Origin: Bacteroidota bacterium
GTDB taxonomy: Bacteria; Bacteroidota; Bacteroidia; Bacteroidales; FEN-979
NCBI GenBank assembly: GCA_037137455.1
Contig: JBAXKG010000003.1
Coordinates: 20,373 to 84,372 of the forward strand
Direction of reading: 5' to 3'
Length of the DNA: 64,000 bases
This document shows, piece by piece, positions 9,232-19,622 of the stretch (the first letter of the stretch is position 1; the number at the start of each line of letters is the position of its first letter). Below the pieces are notes generated by a model. The model made no database searches, was not told where the DNA came from, and worked only from the letters and a program-made list of their open reading frames with translations. The position numbers and the translations under genes are program-made.

Positions 9232-10038
9232 TCAGTGTTTGTATTGTTGCATTTGAAAAAAATAGGCATCGGGGTCCTGATAGCGTGCTTCAAAAATCAA
9301 GTCAAATAATTTGATCCGCAATTCGGTCTTATGGCTGACTGAATCCATCACCCTGGCCAATTCCGGTGCTGGATTGTATTTGCTGATGGCAGATAATAAT
9401 CCGTTGATTTCCGGGATTTTCGTATTTAGAGGATCGCCGGGGTGGTAAATAGCTTGGATGGGCACAAACCCGGTTGGTTTACCGGTTATGGCATGTTGAA
9501 TGAGCATGTCATAAATAATTCCAAATCTCGACACCCCAATTTTTTCGGGTATAGCAGTGAGTTTCATTGCCCTGAAACCACAAGCCACATCCGGACAGGT
9601 AATATTCAGGTGTTTTTTAAAAAGCAGGATTGCGAACATGTTGGAAGCAATTTTACTTGCGGGAATTTCGGTCAAATCATGAAACCGGTCTCCGGAAACA
9701 AGGTCGTAATGTTGAAGCGCCTGTATAAACGCGGGAATATATCGCGGATCATGCTGACCATCACCATCAATGGCAATAAGGTGTGTGTAATTATTTTTTA
9801 ATGCATGGATTTTTGCTGTTGCATAAAAACCGGCAAGTCCTATGTTTGATGATCTTGAAAAAAAATTAAACCCCATTTTCTTTACTACGCCAATTGTCTC
9901 ATCATGGCTTCCATCATCGATTACGATTACATCCAGTTTCCATGCTTTAAGTCTGACAAGCAAGTCGGAAATATTCTGCGCTTCGTTATAGGTCGGAATA
10001 GCGATTAGCGGTTTGATGGTTTTTTCAGGTGCCTTCAA
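9232..10038 (-). CDS. GT2 glycosyltransferase, polyprenol-phosphate (DPM1-like) type
   Basis: IPTYNE, DDGSHD, DGDGQHDP, D-x-V-x-G-x-R and D-x-x-CGFRA. Confidence 0.85.
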   Translation of the reverse strand: MKAPEKTIKPLIAIPTYNEAQNISDLLVRLKAWKLDVIVIDDGSHDETIGVVKKMGFNFFSRSSNIGLAGFYATAKIHALKNNYTHLIAIDGDGQHDPRYIPAFIQALQHYDLVSGDRFHDLTEIPASKIASNMFAILLFKKHLNITCPDVACGFRAMKLTAIPEKIGVSRFGIIYDMLIQHAITGKPTGFVPIQAIYHPGDPLNTKIPEINGLLSAISKYNPAPELARVMDSVSHKTELRIKLFDLIFEARYQDPDAYFFQMQQYKH

Positions 10039-10799
10039 TCAAACAGATATTTTGGGGATTTATAAAAATGGGCGATTGGCCTCATGGTTTTCAGAAAAAG
10101 TGTAAAGGCGTTCCCAAAATTATTTTTTTTCATAGCCCTGTAATCCTCCCTCCATTTCCTTGAAATCGTTTTCATTGTCCGGTTACTGATGCCTCCTACC
10201 CGCATCTTCACCATCACAAGGGGCAGATATGTGGTTTTGATTTTATATCTGACCAGGTAACGCAACAACGAATCATAGTCAGAAGCAATTTCAAACGATG
10301 GATCAAAGGCTCCATATCTGTTGTACAACTCCCTTCTCATATAAAAAGTGGGATGCGGTGGCGACCAGCCAAGATACAATTTCCACAGGTGGAAGTTTCC
10401 TGATTTGCGGTTTGTAAGTGCCTTCTGCACGTTGATTTGATCAACAAACCGGATGTCTCCGTAAACAGCATCGACCTCAGCACATGCAAGCGATTCCACT
10501 ACCTTTTTAATCACATTTTCATCTGCAAACATATCATCGGAATGCAAGAAACCAACCACTTCCCCGGTTGCCAATCCAATGCCCTTATTGAGAGCGTCAT
10601 ACAATCCCTTATCAGGTTCACTGATCCATTTGCTGACTTTAGGGCCAAACGATTTGATGATTTCAACTGTTTTATCCTCCGACTGTCCGTCCACAATGAT
10701 ATATTCTATGTCGGGATGTGTCTGTGCCAAAACCGAATTAATGGTATCCGACAGGAAATTCTCACTGTTGTAACAAACGGTAATGATAGAAACCTTCAT
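10035..10799 (-). CDS. GT2 glycosyltransferase (WcaE-like)
   Basis: SIITVCYNS, VDGQSED, EPDKGLYDALNKG, LHSDD, PPHPTFY and MRVGGISN. Confidence 0.92.
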   Translation of the reverse strand: MKVSIITVCYNSENFLSDTINSVLAQTHPDIEYIIVDGQSEDKTVEIIKSFGPKVSKWISEPDKGLYDALNKGIGLATGEVVGFLHSDDMFADENVIKKVVESLACAEVDAVYGDIRFVDQINVQKALTNRKSGNFHLWKLYLGWSPPHPTFYMRRELYNRYGAFDPSFEIASDYDSLLRYLVRYKIKTTYLPLVMVKMRVGGISNRTMKTISRKWREDYRAMKKNNFGNAFTLFLKTMRPIAHFYKSPKYLFD

Positions 10800-10817
10800 G
10801 GTAAATATGTTTGTATT

Positions 10818-12251
10818 TCAAGGTCTTGCATGTCCTGGAAAGTCCTGGTTGCCCGACAATGTTTCAGATTGGTATACATGATATTTCTTTTTATTCTGTT
10901 TGATCTCCAATATTACTTTTGTAATATAAAAAACCAGGAAAGTAACGAGTGCGGCTTTTGTAAGATAGTTAAAAACAGTGGCGAAATCAGTTTCCGCTTT
11001 CATCACCTGGAAAAACAGGAATGGTATCCAGATAATCAATGGGGGATTATTTTTTGATAATGAAACAACATTGATTATTACCCAATTGTAAAGGAGTGAA
11101 ACCATAAATATGAACACCATACCTCCCAGGTATCCGAAGTTGGCATAACCCTCTCCGACGAGAGAGATATCCATGCTGGTGGTTTCAGGCAATGGGGTCC
11201 CGGTGAATCTTTCGAAATTTGCCCTTCCTCCTGCCTGGGCCTTCGATGGAGCAAGGAACCTCGGCAATAGCGAAGCATATAGGGCTGTTTCAATCGTTTC
11301 ACCTCTTACAAAGGGTTGTTTTTTTGGCATATAGTTCATGATCCGGGCAATTATCCATCCCTGATTCAGCCTGGCAGCCGCATTTTTCATTGGGGTAGCA
11401 TTTAAGAGCAGCGATGGATTGGAGAGCCTTGAAATAATGATCTCTTTATAAATCTCCGAATTGGATTTAGAACTGGTTGCATACCATGTCGCCATCCGGT
11501 ACTCCTCCTTTGTTGATTGCACCAGCATGATGAGAAAGACCCCGAAAAAAATGATGATAGCTTTACCCCACATCGGGATTTTAATCACCATTGCAATGAT
11601 AAGGAACGACAACATAAACCACTGAACCAATTCACCAAACATGCCCTGAATTATGGCAGCTGAAGTTGCCAATCCCATAATGGCTGCAAAGACAAACCAC
11701 TTAAACTTTGAATCACTGAAAAGGATCATATACATCCCGACGTACTGGAGGTTGGTGAGAAGAAACATCAGGAAAGTCAGGCTTGATGGCAGGCTTTTAC
11801 TCGTAAATCCGGCAACGAGTCCAATTGCTGCTAAAATGTATCCGATATATGGGTGCTCATTCAGGTAGACCTTCATCCGGTCAATATCCTCCCCGTTTAT
11901 GATTCGTTCATCTTTCAGGGGAAGATAAAGCCCGAGAACCATAAAATAGCAAACCGGGACGACAAAATCCATATAAACATTCTCGGGAACTGCCATATAG
12001 TAGAGCTCATCGAAGGGCAGTATATTGTAAGCAATCGTTGGGCCGATAATCCATTGAAGTACAGACATGAAGGCAATCATATCGCGGATTTCAATGCGTT
12101 TTCCCAAATCATCGATAAACTTTATCCCAAGCCCGGCAAACAGCGCGATACCAAAGTTCGTCATATAATAGAGACTGGTAAAGAGCTCAAGGCAGGTAAA
12201 TACCAGGAAACCAATTGCCAACAATCTGATGCTCCGGGCTGAAAAGTACAT
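10818..12251 (-). CDS. Wzy-like polysaccharide polymerase (multi-TM with large periplasmic loop)
   Basis: About 10 or more TM segments; PRFLAPSK and GEGYANFGYLGG resemble motifs common in O-antigen polymerases; lies among glycosyltransferases. Confidence 0.7.
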   Translation of the reverse strand: MYFSARSIRLLAIGFLVFTCLELFTSLYYMTNFGIALFAGLGIKFIDDLGKRIEIRDMIAFMSVLQWIIGPTIAYNILPFDELYYMAVPENVYMDFVVPVCYFMVLGLYLPLKDERIINGEDIDRMKVYLNEHPYIGYILAAIGLVAGFTSKSLPSSLTFLMFLLTNLQYVGMYMILFSDSKFKWFVFAAIMGLATSAAIIQGMFGELVQWFMLSFLIIAMVIKIPMWGKAIIIFFGVFLIMLVQSTKEEYRMATWYATSSKSNSEIYKEIIISRLSNPSLLLNATPMKNAAARLNQGWIIARIMNYMPKKQPFVRGETIETALYASLLPRFLAPSKAQAGGRANFERFTGTPLPETTSMDISLVGEGYANFGYLGGMVFIFMVSLLYNWVIINVVSLSKNNPPLIIWIPFLFFQVMKAETDFATVFNYLTKAALVTFLVFYITKVILEIKQNKKKYHVYQSETLSGNQDFPGHARP

Positions 12252-12261
12252 TGTTCTTCAA

Positions 12262-13434
12262 CTATTTAATTGATGCGGTTATATTTATTTCAAAGCTTTT
12301 GCAAATATGTTCGAATGACCAGGATGCAATCAGCCTCATCGAGGATTCTCCCATTAGCCGCGTCTGTTCCCTTGATTCCGTCATTTTGTTTAGTAATGAG
12401 GCGCATTGATCTGCATTGCCGGATGCCATGATATAACCATTTTCGCCTGGAATTACCAGGTCTATAGCACATCCCGATTTGTTGCTTACCAGGATTGCCT
12501 TTCCGCAGGCCATGGCTTCGTTGACTACCAGCCCCCATGTTTCGCCCGGTCCCTGCGAAGGTAAAGCAAGTATGTCGGCCATGTAATAAACAACAGGAAT
12601 CCTGCTTTGGTTCTGGAAAGGCAGAAAATGAATTATTTTATTCCCGGCAGCTATGGTTTTCATCTGTTCCTCAAGAATACCGTTTCCGACAAAAACAAAA
12701 TGGACATCGGGCTTGTTCAACTTTTTAGCAGCCTCAAGCAGAAGTATCGGGTTTTTCTTGGGTTCGAACTTGCCAACAAAAACCACCACCATATCTTCAC
12801 TCCCGATCCCGATTTCTGATCTCCATTTTTCCGCATCCTGAAGCATTGTCCCCGTAGGATCACTGAACCGCCGGTTGTCGATCGCATGTGGGGCGAAAAA
12901 AAGGTGATTGTCATGAAACCCATGTTTGAGATAGTATTGCCGGTTGTTTTCGCCCACAAAAAATGCATAATCGGCTTTTCGGTAAACATAACTCAGGATG
13001 ATTCTGCGTAGCATCTGCTTCAGTCCCCCGGTATCGTCGAGCAAGGTGGAGTCACCCCTGAACCATACAGGAATATGTCCCTTGAAATGTTTCATGGCAT
13101 GATAGTGGGCATGATAATTCCATCCATATACCAGCAACGCATCGGCGCCCCAGTTTTTGATCATTTTGTTCAAACCCGGGCAAACGATCCCACGGTATCC
13201 GACAGGTCCGGGAGTTTTTGAAACATTTTCAACGAATTCATAAGGATATCCCTCAAGTAATGGAATATCCCACAGAATTGCTTTACCGAAATCCTTGTCG
13301 AAAAGTGTCTCCCTGCTCTGGCTCCAGGTATAAAATACTTTTATGTCGAGCAACTCAGACCTGGCAAGCATGGCAAACAGCGGGGCATTGTACTGAATCG
13401 GATGGCTGGTTATGATAGCCAGTTTCTTTTTCAT
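12262..13434 (-). CDS. GT4 glycosyltransferase
   Basis: FVGKFEPKKN and ETWGLVVNEAMACG (E-x7-E motif). Confidence 0.92.
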   Translation of the reverse strand: MKKKLAIITSHPIQYNAPLFAMLARSELLDIKVFYTWSQSRETLFDKDFGKAILWDIPLLEGYPYEFVENVSKTPGPVGYRGIVCPGLNKMIKNWGADALLVYGWNYHAHYHAMKHFKGHIPVWFRGDSTLLDDTGGLKQMLRRIILSYVYRKADYAFFVGENNRQYYLKHGFHDNHLFFAPHAIDNRRFSDPTGTMLQDAEKWRSEIGIGSEDMVVVFVGKFEPKKNPILLLEAAKKLNKPDVHFVFVGNGILEEQMKTIAAGNKIIHFLPFQNQSRIPVVYYMADILALPSQGPGETWGLVVNEAMACGKAILVSNKSGCAIDLVIPGENGYIMASGNADQCASLLNKMTESREQTRLMGESSMRLIASWSFEHICKSFEINITASIK

Positions 13435-14726
13435 GATTTCAATATTTTATTGAAAAAAGCAACTTGTTTGCGGGTGGCTTCCCTGGCGGAATAGGGCTCG
13501 AATTCATTCCAGTTGGTATCTGGAACAAAAGGGATACGTTTCATGTATTGCTGCATGACCAAAAAGATTTTTTCGCCAAGAGTATCCACATCATCGTCAT
13601 TCCTAAAAGTTGCACAATCTCCGGCTCTTGTTTTTTCGAGGATTTCGACTACGGTGCTGTTTTGATTAAAGACCGCGATCAGGGGTCGGTTGGCAAGAAT
13701 ATAAGGATAGAGTTTAGATGCGGTATAATTGGTATCCGTCGAGCCTGGAATAATCAGGATGTCAGCATCTTTTAATACTTTCAGTGCAGAGAAATAGGGT
13801 ATCCGGTCGGTGATTTCAACCACGTGATCGCCGACACCATATTTTGCAGCAACAGGTTCGATGGTTTTGAGTCCCTGTCCGTCGGCGGCATAGCTGGTTC
13901 CAACAAAGTACATTTTTACCCTTGAAAAAAGAATGGGATTGCGTTCAAGACCTTTTTTCAATGCAGCGAAAATACCGCTGACAGCCAGGCTCATGTCATG
14001 ACCTCCACGTCCGATATAGGCAAAATTAATGGTTTCAACATCTGGGGTAAACAGGGAATTTGAAACCTGCCTTTTCTCCAGCACTTCAAAATCAATGGAG
14101 GCGCCACCAAAGGGAATGACTGTACACATATCGGGGCTGATATTCGGATATCTTTCCATCAGGGTTTTTGGGTATCCCGGCGACACAGATACAATGCCGT
14201 CAACCTTTTTCATGGTGAACGCTTCCATAAATTTATCCATATTATAGGCAAACAGGAATTTGGGTGGTCGTTCATGTTTTGGTTTATCAAGATAGAAATC
14301 GTTTCTCCAGGGATCCTGCATATCAATGATGAATGGGATCCCGAATTTTCTTTTCCAGTAGCGGCCCAGGATCATGACAGGAAATGCAGTGGTTGAAAAA
14401 TAAACCAGGTTAAACCGATTTTTTCTGATAAGTGCATTGCAGGTCTTCAGGTAGGACCACAGCGAACGGTATCCAAGGTTACCCAATCCTATTTTTCGCG
14501 TATATTTGGGATTAAAGGCCCTGATCCGTATCACATGTGCACTTTCCGGAATCGTTTCAATTAAAAGGGGATCTTCGCTCATTTCAACAAATCCGGGTTC
14601 CACCGCCACCACTGTGGGCTCCCATCCCATTTCAGTGAAATAGGTCAGACTTTGTCTCACCCGGTGCATATCCGCCGCATTGATGGGAGGGAAATTAGGA
14701 GAAATTATCAACACTTTTCTCATCAT
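13431..14726 (-). CDS. GT4-like (GT-B fold) glycosyltransferase
   Basis: Start moved to the ATG at 14726, which overlaps the upstream stop as ATGA (MMRKVLIISPNFPP); DMQDPW, ASKLYPYILANRP. Confidence 0.85.
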   Translation of the reverse strand: MMRKVLIISPNFPPINAADMHRVRQSLTYFTEMGWEPTVVAVEPGFVEMSEDPLLIETIPESAHVIRIRAFNPKYTRKIGLGNLGYRSLWSYLKTCNALIRKNRFNLVYFSTTAFPVMILGRYWKRKFGIPFIIDMQDPWRNDFYLDKPKHERPPKFLFAYNMDKFMEAFTMKKVDGIVSVSPGYPKTLMERYPNISPDMCTVIPFGGASIDFEVLEKRQVSNSLFTPDVETINFAYIGRGGHDMSLAVSGIFAALKKGLERNPILFSRVKMYFVGTSYAADGQGLKTIEPVAAKYGVGDHVVEITDRIPYFSALKVLKDADILIIPGSTDTNYTASKLYPYILANRPLIAVFNQNSTVVEILEKTRAGDCATFRNDDDVDTLGEKIFLVMQQYMKRIPFVPDTNWNEFEPYSAREATRKQVAFFNKILKS

Positions 14727-15967
14727 CCTGGCGAATTTATTGCTTCCTGAATCCAACTGACCAGCCATTGTTCCTGTATTTCCCAGCAAAATTTCTCACG
14801 GGCCGTATCCAGGGCTGCTTTTTTTGCTTTTGCAAGTTGTGCACGGTCAGATGACAACATAATTAAAAGGGATGACAATTTCTGGCGATCTTTGTTTTTG
14901 AAGAGGAAGACGGCCCCCGGTGCTTCCGTTGCTACTTCCTGCTGACCCAACGTATCGGTTGCAATCACTGCGATTCCTCCCTGGAGATATTGCAAAATTT
15001 TATTTGTTATAGTAAGATTGCGGCTGTCGGGAACATATTCTTCTGTTGCAAGCCCGATGTCGTGTTCAGCAATCCGGGATAAAAGCTCGTTGTGAGGAAC
15101 CAGCGGATGAAAGAAAAGCCGGTGTCTATTGTTTTCCGGGAAACGCTGCATCAACTCCTGCTTGAAATTCTGAAACAAATTGCCTCGCAAATGTAATTCC
15201 AGGGGCATCTCAACATCATGAAGGCAATCAAGTAGAAATTCTATTCCCCGCCCGGGGCCGATGGTCTGGGAATACCAATGAATCGAAGGGATTGCCGGAT
15301 CGACCCGGTCTTTTATCTGGTTGTCAAGGTGTTTCCGGTCACTGAACGGAAATACATTTTGTAAAACCATTGGTGGCGCTACATCGGCAAATGACCCCAA
15401 TGCACTGGACAAAGCCCGCGATGTGGTATAGGATAGTACTCCCCGCCGCAAGGCCATCTTCTCATAGCGCTCAAGAAGCCGGATTGGCCTGTATCGGTTT
15501 GCTTCGGGCAGCAGGTCGTGAGAATACCAGTCCTCAATATCAAAAGCTGCTTTAAATCCCTTTTGGATCAGTTTGCAGCCGATCACTGTACTTATTTCCT
15601 GATGACAGATATAAAGATCAGCTTTTTCACGTAATGCAGCGCGAAGGTTCTTGTGATAGTCATAGCCGAGGGCATATATGTTTTCCAGTCCAAATCGCGC
15701 AATAACCTCACCAGCTCCTCTTCGCACTAATCGTTCTTTAAGGCGGCGCCAATCCGCTGCCTGCGATGACATCATATTAACAGCCCCTTTAAGGATAACA
15801 CCAGAACCCGCAATAAGTTGCTGATCCTCTTTAAGCATATCAGGATGGGTAAAAGTCGTGAGGATGGTTACATTAAACCCAGCCTTGGAAAGGGCAATTG
15901 ATTCCTTGACTACCCTTGGGTTACGGCAAAGGTGACTTTGTGTTAAGATGCAGACCTTTTTCTTCAT
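14723..15967 (-). CDS. GT4-like (GT-B fold) glycosyltransferase
   Basis: RNPRVVKE, D-x-EDWY, GPGRGIE and NKILQYLQGG-x-AVIATD. Confidence 0.85.
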   Translation of the reverse strand: MKKKVCILTQSHLCRNPRVVKESIALSKAGFNVTILTTFTHPDMLKEDQQLIAGSGVILKGAVNMMSSQAADWRRLKERLVRRGAGEVIARFGLENIYALGYDYHKNLRAALREKADLYICHQEISTVIGCKLIQKGFKAAFDIEDWYSHDLLPEANRYRPIRLLERYEKMALRRGVLSYTTSRALSSALGSFADVAPPMVLQNVFPFSDRKHLDNQIKDRVDPAIPSIHWYSQTIGPGRGIEFLLDCLHDVEMPLELHLRGNLFQNFKQELMQRFPENNRHRLFFHPLVPHNELLSRIAEHDIGLATEEYVPDSRNLTITNKILQYLQGGIAVIATDTLGQQEVATEAPGAVFLFKNKDRQKLSSLLIMLSSDRAQLAKAKKAALDTAREKFCWEIQEQWLVSWIQEAINSPG

Positions 15968-15974
15968 TGCAACC

Positions 15975-16961
15975 CTATTTTTTTAACAAAGCATGAATTC
16001 CTGTTCTCAGCAATTTTGACACTTTCCATCCTAAAAAACGCTTTGTCAATTCAATCATCTGACCGCCAAGGATGGGGATATCCGGCTTTTTCCCGGTTTT
16101 GCGTACCTCTGCTTCACACTCAGCTACGAGTGCCGGAAATTTGGGATACGCATTGATTGCAATCTCCTGGTAAAGGGTTGACATGGCCTGGAGATACCGG
16201 TCTGACCTGGTCAGATTGCCAAGGTACTGTGCCTTGAGGTTCAAGGCAAGCAGGGCACTGCGAAGGTTTTCAATTTTATTGGCCTTGGCGGAAATATTTC
16301 CTCCCAGGGTAAACCGCCTGTAATAATTGATACCGCCGGTTATACGTATCCCGTTGGAGGCAAGAACTGCACGGGCAAAATATTCCCCGTCCTGGTCCAG
16401 GAGCAGGTTCTCGTTCCATGGGCCGATAGTATCGGTAATAGTTCTGGGGGTCAGCCAGGCGCTGGTTTGTACCATCCAACGCTCACCATCACCCCCGTAA
16501 AGCCTGACTAAAAAATTAACAGGATCGTCTGTATCGTGAATCCAGAACGACTCTTCTCTTGGGTGCATATGCATGTAATCCTCGCCGTTCATGAAATGGA
16601 CCGTAGGGCTGACACCAAGGTAACCGGGATTTTTCTCGAGTATTTCAACTTGCTTTTCAATTTTATCATGACTCAATACATCATCCGCATCGAGATACTG
16701 GATATATTTTCCCTGGCTCATTGAAAGGCCTTTGTTCCTTGCCACACAGGCGCCACTGTTTTTTTGTTCTAGGACTGTCAGAGCGCCCGACTGATAGGTT
16801 AGGGCAATAGCGACTGTATCATCCTTTGATCCATCATCGATAACAAAAACTTCCAGGGATGGCCAGGTCTGGTTAATAACGGAATCAAGTGTCTCACGAA
16901 TGTATTTGCCGGCGTTGAAGGCAGGAATGATAACTGAAACGAGGGGTAAGTGTTCTTCCAT
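15975..16961 (-). CDS. GT2 glycosyltransferase
   Basis: VSVIIPAFN, IDDGSKD, GACVARNKG and YLDADD. Confidence 0.92.
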   Translation of the reverse strand: MEEHLPLVSVIIPAFNAGKYIRETLDSVINQTWPSLEVFVIDDGSKDDTVAIALTYQSGALTVLEQKNSGACVARNKGLSMSQGKYIQYLDADDVLSHDKIEKQVEILEKNPGYLGVSPTVHFMNGEDYMHMHPREESFWIHDTDDPVNFLVRLYGGDGERWMVQTSAWLTPRTITDTIGPWNENLLLDQDGEYFARAVLASNGIRITGGINYYRRFTLGGNISAKANKIENLRSALLALNLKAQYLGNLTRSDRYLQAMSTLYQEIAINAYPKFPALVAECEAEVRKTGKKPDIPILGGQMIELTKRFLGWKVSKLLRTGIHALLKK

Positions 16962-16966
16962 TTTCC

Positions 16967-17734
16967 TTATTTTGTAAGCAATGATTTTGCCGGGATTCCC
17001 CCAACGATATCACCGGCAGCAACACTTTTAGTCACAACTGATCCTGCCGCAACAATGGCCCGGTGTCCGATAGTCACCCCTGGCAGAAGTGTAACCCTGG
17101 CCCCGACCCAGGCTCCATCCTCAATGATTACCTTGCCTGTGTGCACGCCACCTTTCCAGGCAGCAAAAGTGTCGGAGTGGTAATCGTGATCGTGGGTATA
17201 AACAATGTCAAAAGGGCCCAGTGCAACCTGATCGCCAATAATTACATCATCACTGGTATCAATAATGGTGTTGTCACCGATATTTGATCCCTGGCCCATG
17301 ATAAATTTCCCATCGTATCCCGGTTCTCTGGGAAAGATATTGCAGTAACTTGAGATGGAGCTTCCATCTCCGAGTACCACCCCTTTCCCATTTCTCAAAA
17401 CGGCATGTGTGAGTACGGAACACTTCTCGCCCAGGGTTATGACAGTATCTTTCCCGGCGTGAATGTTTGCTTCAGGATGAATCCTCGAACCTTTACCGAT
17501 GAATATATGACTTCCGGCCGAAAGACCGATGGAAGTTCGTTTCATCAACTCAGCGCCATCTCCGATCGTTAACCGGCCATGACCTTCAATGATCACAGGA
17601 AAGTGGATCCTGACGCCAGCTCCCAGGGTAGCCTGCGCTAACCGTAGATTCCAGTAAAAGAAGCGGACCAGCCTGTTTCCAAGGTATTTGACATATAGTA
17701 ACTTTATTTTAATCAGGTTTACCAAGGTCTTCAT
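16967..17734 (-). CDS. Hexapeptide-repeat (LbH) O-acyltransferase
   Basis: Many [LIV]G-x4 repeats; THDH, IEDGAWVGARVTLLPGVTIG and GGIPAK. Confidence 0.9.
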   Translation of the reverse strand: MKTLVNLIKIKLLYVKYLGNRLVRFFYWNLRLAQATLGAGVRIHFPVIIEGHGRLTIGDGAELMKRTSIGLSAGSHIFIGKGSRIHPEANIHAGKDTVITLGEKCSVLTHAVLRNGKGVVLGDGSSISSYCNIFPREPGYDGKFIMGQGSNIGDNTIIDTSDDVIIGDQVALGPFDIVYTHDHDYHSDTFAAWKGGVHTGKVIIEDGAWVGARVTLLPGVTIGHRAIVAAGSVVTKSVAAGDIVGGIPAKSLLTK

Positions 17735-17738
17735 CGCA

Positions 17739-18632
17739 CTAAAATTTTGGTTCTTTCCGTGCTAAAACTAATAACTGAAAATATGAAAAGTGTGTTTGTT
17801 TGCGGAGTTCCTGCATAATTTTCCTGGAATGGTTTTTACCCACCCCCAGAATATACCTGGCCTGATTCCAATGAATTTTTTGGAGGGCTTTTGCACGGTC
17901 ACCGGCTGACAATGGGCACTCCTGGCGGTCGATCATCTCTTCGGCGCATTGAAGATATTTGAATGGAATCGTAAAATCGGTACGGTTGTTCTGCATCTCC
18001 TGCTCCTCATGTTCGCGGTACCACACCACACCATGGGGCATGAGAACTACAGGATATCGAGCTGCGAGAATGTGCCACATCTCGAAATCGCCCAGATACC
18101 GGCGACCGGTAAAGCCGCCAACAGCATCGAAAACATCCTTGCGGATGATGGCAGATAATGGCGCTTTGTGAAACAGCTGCTCCTGAAAATAGTGTCGTTT
18201 ATAAGCATCTTCAGGAGTTAACATAAACGGGAAAATCCTGAATTTGTCCTGAGGCAGGGAACAAAGTCCAAAACCTGCTTCAGGAAATTGTTCCATACCA
18301 TTCACGAGGACCTCGAGTCCGTTCGGATAGATAAGGTCATCGGCATCAACATACTTAATATATTTTCCCTTTGCAATGCTGGCGGCCTTATTCCTGTTCG
18401 GATAGTCACCCAGGTTCTTTTCATTCAGCACTGAATTAACCCGCGGGTCCCTGGCTGCAAAATCAAGGGCTATTGCAAGACTAAGGTCTTTCGACTGGTC
18501 ATCAACAATAATCAGTTCAAAATTGTCATAGGTCGAAGCAAGAACACTTTCTACAGCCTGAGCGAGATATTTTTCGCGGTTGTAGGTTGTCATGAGCACA
18601 CTCACCAAAGGTTTTTCCGTTTCCATTGTCAT
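17739..18632 (-). CDS. GT2 glycosyltransferase
   Basis: VSVLMTTYNR, VDDQSKD and YVDADD. Confidence 0.92.
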   Translation of the reverse strand: MTMETEKPLVSVLMTTYNREKYLAQAVESVLASTYDNFELIIVDDQSKDLSLAIALDFAARDPRVNSVLNEKNLGDYPNRNKAASIAKGKYIKYVDADDLIYPNGLEVLVNGMEQFPEAGFGLCSLPQDKFRIFPFMLTPEDAYKRHYFQEQLFHKAPLSAIIRKDVFDAVGGFTGRRYLGDFEMWHILAARYPVVLMPHGVVWYREHEEQEMQNNRTDFTIPFKYLQCAEEMIDRQECPLSAGDRAKALQKIHWNQARYILGVGKNHSRKIMQELRKQTHFSYFQLLVLARKEPKF

Positions 18633-18637
18633 TCGTT

Positions 18638-19621
18638 TTATTTTGTTTTTGCCTGAGCTCCCTGGGGCGGGTACCCTACAAAATAGACTTGCGACGCTTC
18701 CACTCCTTTTATCCCTCTGGTTGCAGCAAAGGCTGTAAAAAGCAGAGCAGCCGACCAGGAGGCAAGAACCAGGTTCAGATTGTAAAGAATCCAGTTTAGT
18801 TTTTCTTTAAATGGCATATGTTTTTTTACCATCCTCACCAAAATCTGAGGAACGGAAACCAGCGGGTTTTTCGGAAATTTTATGTAATCGTAGAATTTGT
18901 AGTTCTGGTAAAGAATTATATAAGTTCGTTTGAAATAAAATTTGAAATTCTGATGATGGTAATGATATACCCTGGCCCGGTAATCGTAAACAATCGCGAA
19001 ACCCTGCGAAAGAGCTTCCTTAGACCAAAGAGTATCTTCAGAGAACATCAGTTTTTTGAACGGGAGTTTTTCTTTAAGCGATTTACGGTAAACAGCGGTT
19101 ACATCATCCCAGTTGCAGTATTCATGCTGTTTTTTCCCGGGTAACGAAGTAAATGCTGAAGAGTCTTTAAACTGGATGAACATGGGTTTGGCCTCACTTG
19201 CCGGTGAAAACCATTGAAGAGGGTTTTTATCAGAGTCGGAGCCAACGATCTGCTGACCACATACACCGGCAACTTCAGGATTGCTGAAATGGCTGAGCAT
19301 GATCTCGATCCAGTCGTTGGAAGCCGGAGTGGCATCCTGAACTGTCATTACGACAAAGGTTCCCTTTGCCAGTTGTATCCCGAGGTTCCGCGTTTCACCA
19401 TGGTTAAAGTCCTTTGGCGGAAGGTTGTGAACCCTCACAGGGTATTGTTTCAGCAGGTCGAGTGTGCCATCGGTCGATCCTGAATCAATTACAATCACCT
19501 CAAAGTGGTCTTTCAATGTCTGACGAAACAAACCATCCAAACACGATGGCAGGGTATCGATCCCGTTTTTCACAGGAATGACAACTGATATTAATGGCTC
19601 CTTCATCGGGCTTGTTGCCAT
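18638..19621 (-). CDS. GT2 glycosyltransferase (rhamnosyltransferase-like subgroup)
   Basis: IDSGSTDGT, FNHGETRN, TVQDA, SED-x-x-W and VYHYH. Confidence 0.88.
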   Translation of the reverse strand: MATSPMKEPLISVVIPVKNGIDTLPSCLDGLFRQTLKDHFEVIVIDSGSTDGTLDLLKQYPVRVHNLPPKDFNHGETRNLGIQLAKGTFVVMTVQDATPASNDWIEIMLSHFSNPEVAGVCGQQIVGSDSDKNPLQWFSPASEAKPMFIQFKDSSAFTSLPGKKQHEYCNWDDVTAVYRKSLKEKLPFKKLMFSEDTLWSKEALSQGFAIVYDYRARVYHYHHQNFKFYFKRTYIILYQNYKFYDYIKFPKNPLVSVPQILVRMVKKHMPFKEKLNWILYNLNLVLASWSAALLFTAFAATRGIKGVEASQVYFVGYPPQGAQAKTK

Positions 19622-19622
19622 T

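Noticed and set aside
10437-11057. 206-aa plus-strand ORF
   Set aside because: Antisense to two well-supported locus genes; no motifs.
14727-14789. N-terminal extension of the 13431-14789 ORF
   Set aside because: It overlaps the upstream gene; an ATG at 14726 coupled to the upstream stop gives a typical GT-B start.
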